Program-made: the position numbers and the translations under genes
Notes under the pieces: generated by a model
What the model was told of the DNA's origin: nothing
The model's input: the letters and a program-made list of their open reading frames with translations, nothing else
Databases searched by the model: none
Virus record (IMG/VR): IMGVR_UViG_3300017971_000060
Source: a virus
DNA: 54,950 nucleotides
Direction: 5' to 3' (one strand)
In this document: positions 26,299 through 32,978 of the stretch, one piece after another
How the letters are laid out: each line of letters opens with the position of its first letter
How positions within the stretch are numbered: position 1 is the first letter of the stretch

Positions 26299-26514
26299 AT
26301 GGTTGAAACAACGTTGGAAGTCACTTCGGATGAAGATGACCTGAAACGGCGCTTGACTAGCAGGAAGTTCATCACCATGAACGTCTTGCAGTCTACTTGG
26401 ATAGGGTTATTTCTTCTTGACAAACTTTCTGAGAGTGGGTTGATCGAACTCACTACTGTCACTGTAGGGGCGTATTTCATTGCAAACGCTGCTACACACT
26501 TTGCCAAGAAATGA
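26299..26514 (+). CDS. Small membrane protein, 71 aa (holin candidate)
   Basis: GAGAGGA RBS before ATG 26299. Two hydrophobic stretches. Immediately upstream of the spanins. Confidence 0.4.
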   Translation: MVETTLEVTSDEDDLKRRLTSRKFITMNVLQSTWIGLFLLDKLSESGLIELTTVTVGAYFIANAATHFAKK

Positions 26515-26894
26515 TAACCAAATACCTTGGCGCTACTGTTGTAGTTCTGCTGGTTGCGTTGGTGGGTGCCGGTATGCTGTACCGGCATACCGCTGACGCT
26601 AAAGCAGTGGCAGAGGCACAGCGAGACGGCTACCTTCAGGCACTGGAATACCAGACTGAGCAAATGAGGGAACGTGACGCTATGCTTGAGCAGCGCGAAC
26701 AGCAACGGCGGGCCGCTGAACTGGCGGCAAGCCAATGGCGCAAGAAGTGGAAAGAGGCACAACGTAATGATGAAAACTGTGAAAATTGGGCTGATGCTGA
26801 GTTGCCTGTTTGTGTTATGGAGTTGTTCACACAATCCGGTTCCAGTAGTCATAAACAATCCACCCCCGCTCACCTATTTGCATTCAACCCCTGA
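26511..26894 (+). CDS. i-spanin (Rz-like), 127 aa
   Basis: N-terminal TMD LGATVVVLLVALVGAGMLY followed by a charged coiled coil. Contains the o-spanin start in another frame. Confidence 0.7.
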   Translation: MITKYLGATVVVLLVALVGAGMLYRHTADAKAVAEAQRDGYLQALEYQTEQMRERDAMLEQREQQRRAAELAASQWRKKWKEAQRNDENCENWADAELPVCVMELFTQSGSSSHKQSTPAHLFAFNP

Positions 26895-27027
26895 GTGCAA
26901 ATTTACGGCCACAACACAAGGTGACTTTGTCGAATGGGCACAATGTAACCTCGAACGGTTGCACCAGTGTAACGATGACAAGGCGGCTCTCTTGTTGTGG
27001 GCTGAAAGTTTAGGTGAAGTGGACTAA
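26767..27027 (+). CDS. o-spanin (Rz1-like lipoprotein), 86 aa, overlapping the 3' end of the i-spanin gene
   Basis: MMKTVKIGLMLSCLFVLWS|C lipobox-like signal. Pro-rich mature part. Its start lies inside 26511..26894. Confidence 0.65.
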   Translation: MMKTVKIGLMLSCLFVLWSCSHNPVPVVINNPPPLTYLHSTPECKFTATTQGDFVEWAQCNLERLHQCNDDKAALLLWAESLGEVD

Positions 27028-27086
27028 CTGGTAAAGTCTCAGGCTCATCCCCTGCATCACGGGTTCAATTCCCGTCTTCACCACCA
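27013..27086 (+). tRNA. Atypical tRNA-like element (anticodon CAT), 71 nt + CCA; possibly degenerate
   Basis: 7-bp acceptor ggtgaag/cttcacc, D arm gact/agtc with GG loop, T arm acggg-ttcaatt-cccgt, and encoded CCA. However, the anticodon stem has only 4 clean bp, position 37 is C, and the variable loop is 3 nt. Confidence 0.4.
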
Positions 27087-27092
27087 TAACGC

Positions 27093-27121
27093 AAAAGGCC
27101 GGTCATGTGACCGGCCTTTCT
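27093..27121. terminator. Bidirectional rho-independent terminator between the convergent transcription blocks
   Basis: aaaaggccggtca-tg-tgaccggcctttc: a 12-bp stem flanked by an A-tract and a T-tract. Confidence 0.75.
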
Positions 27122-27139
27122 GCTATCTCCTGTTGTAAG

Positions 27140-27751
27140 TTAGTCCTTAGTAGCGCAAACCGGGCCAATCCCTGCTTCAATGCTCTCCGGGGTGGTGAGT
27201 TTGCGACCGCACCGGCAACAAGTTCCCTCATGCAGTACCTCAAGGAAACTAGGCAGACGGTCAGCGTTCAGTGCATTGAAGAACCATGCAATAGACTGGG
27301 CGCTCTTGGCGGTTGCCTTTATGCCAGACTTGCGGCCATGTGACCAAACCAGCTTGTCACCCCGTACCCGGAATTGACCAAGGTACTGGTAGTCACTGGT
27401 GTTGTCTGCCCCTGTCAGGACAGCCACAAAGCGCGGGTAATCACCTTCGGCGTCAGCCGGGGTGGACACTTTGAAGGTGTAGCGGTTGCCAGACTGAGTA
27501 TTCAGCATGGTAACAGTACCGTGACCGCCAACAAGGTAGTCAACGATAGCAGCCCGGTCTGATAGTGGGCGGCTGTTGGTTTCAGGAAACTCCCTGTCCA
27601 GATAGGTAGTCAGTGCGTCACGGTCATCGAAAGAGATAGGGTGAGCGCGGTCACGGGTAGGTGAGAAGTGCAGGTAAGGGCCACTGTTGTCAACCTCTTT
27701 ACGCAGAATGCCCACTTCCTTGCCGTTGCGTGTGATCTGTTCAGTCATCAT
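27140..27751 (-). CDS. DUF6011-like protein, 203 aa
   Basis: C-terminal CCRCGRKLTTPESIEAGIGPVCA. Invariant TIR ctggagaactgacATG. Confidence 0.65.
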   Translation of the reverse strand: MMTEQITRNGKEVGILRKEVDNSGPYLHFSPTRDRAHPISFDDRDALTTYLDREFPETNSRPLSDRAAIVDYLVGGHGTVTMLNTQSGNRYTFKVSTPADAEGDYPRFVAVLTGADNTSDYQYLGQFRVRGDKLVWSHGRKSGIKATAKSAQSIAWFFNALNADRLPSFLEVLHEGTCCRCGRKLTTPESIEAGIGPVCATKD

Positions 27752-27779
27752 GTCAGTTCTCCAGTGTAGTGTGTTGCGG

Positions 27780-27986
27780 TTAGTCGTTCAGGTTAGAAAA
27801 GTTGTTGACGAAAACGTATTCGTTAGAACCGGGTTTCGTCTCGCGGGCGGCAAAAACACCGTCAACGTAGAAGTTATGACGCCATGCACCGTAGCCACCA
27901 CCATTGCGCATTTGCTTATCCTGTTCAGTGATTTCACCTTCAACCTGTGAAAGGATATTGCGGATTTGGTCGATTGAGTAGGTCAT
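27780..27986 (-). CDS. Hypothetical protein, 68 aa
   Basis: Invariant TIR ctggagaactgacATG. Confidence 0.7.
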   Translation of the reverse strand: MTYSIDQIRNILSQVEGEITEQDKQMRNGGGYGAWRHNFYVDGVFAARETKPGSNEYVFVNNFSNLND

Positions 27987-28004
27987 GTCAGTTCTCCAGT
28001 TCGG

Positions 28005-28146
28005 TTAGTCAGTGCAGCCAGTGGAAGATATTATCGGGGAACTGTTCGCGTTTGTCAAGCGTTTTATGTAATTTTCTTTCGTATACAAAACAAAGGGTTA
28101 CAGCTGGAGAACTGTAACCCTTTGACCAACTAGGGAAAGAAAATTT
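28005..28146 (-). promoter_or_regulatory. Intergenic cassette copy 3 (minus strand): TTGACA(28058-28053)-17 nt-GATAAT(28035-28030) preceded by long hairpin 28069-28146
   Basis: Reverse complement read directly. Same layout as 501-661. Confidence 0.65.
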
Positions 28147-28205
28147 CCCTTTTCACCTACACTACTGACATAGTGTTCTTTAAAGCGTCCACTCCCGGCA
28201 TCGTC

Positions 28206-28451
28206 TTATCCTCTTAAGCAAGTTAAACAGATTCGTGTCCCTTCACTGTCTTGATCTGAACAGTTTGAGCAAACCGGCTCAAAACAAGTATCACATTCTG
28301 ACCAGAACCACGTATCAGGATTGTTGGAGATATCCTTGAATATCGGGGTCAACTTGTCGCCGCATTCAGAACAGTGTTGAACAGCGCAAAGTTTATTGGT
28401 CATCACACTTTTATCTCTAGGGTGTGGGGCCAGTCGTGTTTGATAAGGCAT
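28206..28451 (-). CDS. Cys-rich zinc-ribbon-like protein, 81 aa
   Basis: CSECGDK...CDTCFEPVCSNC...CLTC. Starts 4 nt after the upstream stop. Confidence 0.55.
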   Translation of the reverse strand: MPYQTRLAPHPRDKSVMTNKLCAVQHCSECGDKLTPIFKDISNNPDTWFWSECDTCFEPVCSNCSDQDSEGTRICLTCLRG

Positions 28452-28455
28452 CGTC

Positions 28456-28665
28456 TTAACCTACCAGTGCAGTAGAATGAAGTTTCTGGAGCATGGCATC
28501 AACGTCACCCGTGGCAATCCAGTCTTTGCGCTCACCATCGGCGTCTACACCTACGAACTTGTCAGATAGCAGAAAAGCCCGCTGTTCTTGGCACTGCTCT
28601 ACTACTGTTTCAAGACGGCGTTTGGCCTCTTCCAGTTCGCGTTCAAGGTGCTTGATGTAATTCAT
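28456..28665 (-). CDS. Hypothetical coiled-coil protein, 69 aa
   Basis: Invariant TIR ctggagaactgacATG. Confidence 0.7.
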   Translation of the reverse strand: MNYIKHLERELEEAKRRLETVVEQCQEQRAFLLSDKFVGVDADGERKDWIATGDVDAMLQKLHSTALVG

Positions 28666-28691
28666 GTCAGTTCTCCAGTTGGTGAGTGGTT

Positions 28692-28750
28692 ATTATCGGG
28701 CAAGGAATCCTGTTTGTCAACCCCTTTCGTCTACCCCCGAAGGGGTAGAC
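28692..28750 (-). promoter_or_regulatory. UUCG-tetraloop hairpin (28729-28750) + promoter TTGACA(28720-28715)-17 nt-GATAAT(28697-28692)
   Basis: gtctacccc-ttcg-ggggtagac on the minus strand, 8 nt upstream of the -35. An identical hairpin is repeated at 39671-39692. Confidence 0.6.
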
Positions 28751-28761
28751 CGTGGGTCAGT

Positions 28762-29148
28762 TTACGCTACGTGGCGGGCCTCGCATTCGTCATGGATCAT
28801 CTGCTTCCAGCCTGCAACAGTCTGAGGGTAACCAGCCTTTTTGCACTGCTTCTTAAGAGCCGGTTCCAGAAATCCCTTGCTCTGCATGATAGCAACAGGG
28901 GTTTCGTTGTGGGCCATCCGGGTGGCGTACTCTTCAACGGTGAAGTTCTTCACCATGAAGTTGACCCAAGTTTTCCAAGGTTTGCTACCATACTTGAAGC
29001 GGGCAACGAACATGTCACGAGCAGTGCCACGGCGGGTAGGATGGATGTTGTCTTCATGGCCGTAATATTCAGTGCAGTAGCCTTGGTCACCAGTATACAT
29101 CAGATACATACCGTCCCAGCGGAAATTCTCTTTGATGAAGTCAGTCAT
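28762..29148 (-). CDS. Hypothetical protein, 128 aa
   Basis: ATG 29148 follows ctggagaactgac. The ORF-track start at 29274 runs through cassette 4 and is rejected. Confidence 0.7.
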   Translation of the reverse strand: MTDFIKENFRWDGMYLMYTGDQGYCTEYYGHEDNIHPTRRGTARDMFVARFKYGSKPWKTWVNFMVKNFTVEEYATRMAHNETPVAIMQSKGFLEPALKKQCKKAGYPQTVAGWKQMIHDECEARHVA

Positions 29149-29313
29149 GTCAGTTCTCCAGTTTTGCGGTTGCGGTCTCAACAGACCGTGGAAGAGATTA
29201 TGAGGCAACAGTTCACCGTTGTCAAGCTTTTTCTGCAATTTTCTTTTCGTACAAAAACAAGGGGTTACACGCAAAAGCCTGTAACCCCCTGAACTGTTAA
29301 GGAAAGAAAATTT
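29149..29313 (-). promoter_or_regulatory. Intergenic cassette copy 4 (minus): long hairpin 29237-29313, TTGACA(29225-29220)-17 nt-CATAAT(29202-29197), leader hairpin cggtctgttgagaccg
   Basis: Near-identical to copy 1 in reverse complement. Confidence 0.65.
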
Positions 29314-29328
29314 AACTTTTTTCTGGCA

Positions 29329-29835
29329 CTAGTCCAGTAGTGTTCTCGGGATCGTGAACCAGTGCCGTCCGGCGTTGCGCCAGCTATTCATGCTGCTGTC
29401 CCTGTCCGGGTAGTTGTCAGGTGCGACGATGAACACGGCAGAAGTCTTCATAAGAACACTCAAGCAGTTTTTGCAGGGTGGTCTGGTACTAACTACGTAG
29501 TAGATTTCGTCAGGGGAAAACCCGTTGCGGGCGGCTTCCATGACGGCGTTGACTTCTGCGTGAACAGCGCGGCAAGTGTTACTACCTCTGACCATAGTGT
29601 CAGCGTCATCGGTGTTGCAGGTGCATTCGCCAAGGCAATCAGGTAGGGTGTTTGACCCTGTTCCTAACAGGGTAGCGTGTTTGTCCAACACGATACACTT
29701 GACGCTGGCCCGTGGGCATTGGCCTATGTCCTGACCACTGGCCTGTTCAGCATCGATAAGCTGATTTATAATGCCAAAGGCGAACTTGGCTACATCTTCT
29801 CTGTTGATTTCGTGTTGCTCTCTTTGTGCTTCCAT
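29329..29835 (-). CDS. Deoxycytidylate (dCMP) deaminase, 168 aa
   Basis: Zinc motifs VHAEVNAV and PCKNC with correct spacing. RBS AGGAGACTATAATG. Confidence 0.8.
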   Translation of the reverse strand: MEAQREQHEINREDVAKFAFGIINQLIDAEQASGQDIGQCPRASVKCIVLDKHATLLGTGSNTLPDCLGECTCNTDDADTMVRGSNTCRAVHAEVNAVMEAARNGFSPDEIYYVVSTRPPCKNCLSVLMKTSAVFIVAPDNYPDRDSSMNSWRNAGRHWFTIPRTLLD

Positions 29836-29858
29836 TATAGTCTCCTGAGACTGTTGTA

Positions 29859-30644
29859 CTACAGATTAAGTGCCTGACGTTTCCTGTCAAACGCCGTTGC
29901 TACTCCACCACCCCATTCAGTAAGGTGGATGTTTGGGCCTATTCCTGTAGCGTATTCTTCCAGAATAGCTACAGCCCGTTTTCGTTGTGGCGGCAAAATG
30001 TGCCCACTCATAGTATGGTGGTAGTAGACACCCATGTCCACCCCTATTTCAGCCGCCACGTACTGTTGAAGTTTGGTGAACACGGCAACGTCTTGGCAGA
30101 CAGTTGTAGTGTAGTTGTTTGACCGCATGGACGTACACATATCCAGCTTGCCATGCCGTACCCGGAAGTTGAACCCAAGAGTACAGGGATATTCGCAGTT
30201 GGTTTCACCACGTTCCAGCGCTTTGCCTACAAAACGGTCTTTGTCATCCAGAATCATAACACAAGCGCGGCGGGTGGTGCCCTGAGTTTCCTGCAACATC
30301 TGGATAGCATAAGGAAGTTGCTCGACAATGCGCGGGCCGTATGCTACACAGATCAAGGGCTTTCCCGGTTGCTGAAAGAGGGTGCCGTAATTTTTGGCTT
30401 GCGGGTTGACGTCAAAGAACTCTTCAGGAATAGTAGCCTGTCCGTCGATGATCCAGTTGAACATCAAGGTAGAGAACATCGGGTTGAAGTTGCGGTTCTC
30501 GGACTGTAGCTCTATCCTTGTAGGGTCAGTGAGCGCGAAAGTGTGGTTGATAAGTTCCTCGTCTTCAGACAGGAACGCTTGCATCAGGTTAGCGTGATAA
30601 ATATCATGCCAAAACCCGGTTATTGGTTCTGGAACTATGTGCAT
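29859..30644 (-). CDS. Thymidylate-synthase-fold pyrimidine C5 transferase, probably dCMP-specific (hydroxymethylase or methylase), 261 aa
   Basis: Ungapped match to the ThyA core: AYGPRI, TTRRACVMILD, YPCTLGFNFRVRHGKL, MRSNN...CQDVAVF, SGHI. Asp sits at the ThyA Asn177 position. Confidence 0.7.
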   Translation of the reverse strand: MHIVPEPITGFWHDIYHANLMQAFLSEDEELINHTFALTDPTRIELQSENRNFNPMFSTLMFNWIIDGQATIPEEFFDVNPQAKNYGTLFQQPGKPLICVAYGPRIVEQLPYAIQMLQETQGTTRRACVMILDDKDRFVGKALERGETNCEYPCTLGFNFRVRHGKLDMCTSMRSNNYTTTVCQDVAVFTKLQQYVAAEIGVDMGVYYHHTMSGHILPPQRKRAVAILEEYATGIGPNIHLTEWGGGVATAFDRKRQALNL

Positions 30645-30654
30645 AGTGGTCTCC

Positions 30655-31590
30655 TCAGACTTTTGTGAATACGAATACGTGGTGGGTGGCGCTAGTCTGT
30701 TCCCCTGTTTTGGTTAGCGCGCCACTCAAGCTATCGGCCAGCGCTACTACGTCAGAAGGGGTCAAACATGCCCCTGCTTCAGTCATAGCTTCCATTCTCC
30801 AGTCAAGCCGGAAATTTGGCTGCTGTTCGATTACAACCAGTTTGCCCCCGGTCTTCAGAAGTGCTACCAGAGTAGTCATAACCGTGTGCTGCTTTTCCTT
30901 GCCAAGAACGTGCAGCACTTCACTGACGATAATGGTGTCCAGAGAACTTAACTGGAAGTGGTTGGTGACGTCAGCGAAATCAGCCACTATGATTTCAGTG
31001 GACTGGTTGCCAGCCAACCGGGTGCCGGGTGCCTTGTCATACAGGTAGCCGATAGCGTCAGGGCAAGCGTGTAGAGTAGCTTCAAGATACACGCCATCAC
31101 CACCCCCGAAGTCTAGCACTTTCTTGTCAGAGCCGGGTGAAGTCAGACACGCCACGTACCGTAGCAGATTGGGCATGAATTCTTCAGTGTAGACTGCCAG
31201 AGCAGCCCGCAACTTTGAGTATTTGCGCGGGTCAGTGACATAGTTTCGGTCAAGTTGCTGGTTCATCATGCTGAACTCGTAGTCCACAAGCGGGGCAATC
31301 TTGACCAGCCGTTCTCCACTAGCAGACAGTTTCAGAGAGTCCCCATCACCGTCCAGCCAGCCGAATTCCTCCCAAATCTTGATGACGTTCTGCAACTTGT
31401 GGACAGTGGGGTTGTACTCCCAAATTCGATTGTTGACCCCTGCAAGGATAGCGGGAACAAGCCATGCCGCTTCCAGAATGCCGTACACAGAAGGGCCAAT
31501 TTCCGATATATATGGCAAACGTACATCAAAGCCGTTTGGTATTGCGTTGTCAGGGTGTTCTTCCCCGACTCGGTAGCCGTCATTTTCCAT
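30655..31590 (-). CDS. Class I SAM-dependent methyltransferase of the small-molecule O-methyltransferase type, 311 aa
   Basis: Motifs VLDFGGGDG, ADFADV, SEVLHVLGKEK and GGKLVVIE after a ~150-aa helical N-terminal domain. No DNA-MTase motifs seen. Confidence 0.7.
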   Translation of the reverse strand: MENDGYRVGEEHPDNAIPNGFDVRLPYISEIGPSVYGILEAAWLVPAILAGVNNRIWEYNPTVHKLQNVIKIWEEFGWLDGDGDSLKLSASGERLVKIAPLVDYEFSMMNQQLDRNYVTDPRKYSKLRAALAVYTEEFMPNLLRYVACLTSPGSDKKVLDFGGGDGVYLEATLHACPDAIGYLYDKAPGTRLAGNQSTEIIVADFADVTNHFQLSSLDTIIVSEVLHVLGKEKQHTVMTTLVALLKTGGKLVVIEQQPNFRLDWRMEAMTEAGACLTPSDVVALADSLSGALTKTGEQTSATHHVFVFTKV

Positions 31591-32605
31591 CTTTTGCCTC
31601 CAGAGTAGTGATAACGTTGCTGCAAATCCAGCTATCTAGTGAAGCCGGTGTGTTGTTGCGGTGCATATCATACCGGATGAAAGCTTCGTTGTCCACTGAG
31701 GATAGTTCCTGTGGTTTGAAGTGGAACACTTCGCCCTGTTGTGGTAGGCACGAATTGAACATGTGGTAGACATCCTGCATCTTTTCGTGTTCGACATGAC
31801 CGTACAACTCGGTGCGGGCCTGAACCCCTGCAACATAAGTTTCCAGCCAAAGGTCTTCGTTGGTTGGCACTGACAGGATAGAGACATTTTGCTCTGAGTC
31901 TGTGAACGCTTTCCAGTTCTGCCATGGGTGCATTTCGCCACCCCGGTAGACAAGTGAGTAAATAGGGTGAGACAGCCAAGCCCGCTCAAGAACTACTACA
32001 GTATCCTTGGCCATGGCAGCGGCGTAGTACAATGCCCCTGTCCTGTAAGTGTGCATGTGTTCTTCAATGGCTTCAGACCAGTAGAGATGAATGTACTCGC
32101 CCCCGGTCAACTCGCAAATCCGCTCTGACAGGGTAGTCTTTCCTGAGCCATCCGGCCCGTCAATCAGGATAAGCCCCTTGTACCGGCCAGCGAGTGCCCC
32201 CGGCTGAAGGCGGGTAGCGGTACCCGAATCTATCAGGTCATCCAGAACCGGGCCTTGCCAGCCGTCTGGTTTGTTGATTTCCTGTTTCCACCCTCGCCGT
32301 TGCTTAGCCGGGTCAAGAACTTTCGTCATATTGGCGGCGTGTACCCTTCTGAAAGCCTCATCAAAATTCCAGCCGTTGCGGTGAGCAGTACCACAAGCAA
32401 AGTAGACAAGATCAACAAGGGCATCCAGTTGCTCGTGTTGGTCACCATTGAAAACAGCTTCTTCATATTCGTCAAGTTCCTCATGCAGACAGGTGAGCCG
32501 GAATTTCTGTTCATCCGTACCCAGTAAGCGCGGGCCATCGTTGTAGGCCAGCCCGAATTTTTCGTGGAATTCACGTACCAGTTGATAGGGTGTTTTAACT
32601 GCCAT
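31580..32605 (-). CDS. Fusion protein: MazG-like NTP pyrophosphohydrolase (N) + thymidylate-kinase-like dNMP kinase (C), 341 aa
   Basis: N-terminal part: FHEKFG...LHEELDEYEEA...LDALVDLVYF...VHAANMTK. C-terminal part: P-loop IDGPDGSGKTT and ERAWLSHPIYS (DRY..S..AY-like). ATG 32605 follows ctggagaaccgtg. Confidence 0.7.
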   Translation of the reverse strand: MAVKTPYQLVREFHEKFGLAYNDGPRLLGTDEQKFRLTCLHEELDEYEEAVFNGDQHEQLDALVDLVYFACGTAHRNGWNFDEAFRRVHAANMTKVLDPAKQRRGWKQEINKPDGWQGPVLDDLIDSGTATRLQPGALAGRYKGLILIDGPDGSGKTTLSERICELTGGEYIHLYWSEAIEEHMHTYRTGALYYAAAMAKDTVVVLERAWLSHPIYSLVYRGGEMHPWQNWKAFTDSEQNVSILSVPTNEDLWLETYVAGVQARTELYGHVEHEKMQDVYHMFNSCLPQQGEVFHFKPQELSSVDNEAFIRYDMHRNNTPASLDSWICSNVITTLEAKDGK

Positions 32606-32744
32606 CACGGTTCTCCAGTATGGTAGTAGTCATGTGGGTGTCACCGTCTTTGTCTTCAACGGTATCGATAGCCAGCCCCATGTAGGCCAGCCCCTTGATA
32701 AGTAGTTTGACAGGAACGCTGTCAGGAATGTGCAACACTATCAT
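32595..32744 (-). CDS. Small protein, 49 aa (below ORF-track cutoff)
   Basis: ATG 32744 follows ctggagaactgaa (invariant TIR). Overlaps the start of the fusion gene. Confidence 0.45.
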   Translation of the reverse strand: MIVLHIPDSVPVKLLIKGLAYMGLAIDTVEDKDGDTHMTTTILENRDGS

Positions 32745-32900
32745 TTCAGTTCTCCAGTGATTTGGTTGGTTTGGTACCGATACTCAACAGGGTCTTTGCA
32801 GCACTGTCTGAGTAGCTTAGCGGCGGCTAACACGCAACCTTTAGGACTATGTGTGGTGCGACCAACACACCCCTTGTCCGGGTTTACGGTTATGTGGGCC

Positions 32901-32937
32901 AGAAAAGCAGAGTGGGTGACGATTGTCACCCACCCTG
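32901..32937 (-). terminator. Possible attenuating terminator downstream of the Lys/Ala-tail protein gene
   Basis: On the minus strand: gtgggtgac-aatc-gtcacccac stem followed by TGCTTTTCT. Confidence 0.4.
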
Positions 32938-32978
32938 AGTACCCGTGAACCGTCATTCGAAAACGACAGTTCATCACA

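Noticed and set aside
26205-26873. 222-aa minus-strand ORF across the lysis region
   Set aside because: It is antisense to four well-supported plus-strand genes including the spanins, and has no RBS.
27013-27086. tRNA-like element as an attP site of a temperate phage
   Set aside because: No integrase, excisionase or repressor gene is recognisable anywhere in the genome. The lifestyle looks virulent.
28588-29292. 234-aa plus-strand ORF
   Set aside because: It is antisense to two minus-strand genes carrying the invariant TIR, and it runs through cassette 4. It has no RBS and low-complexity translation.
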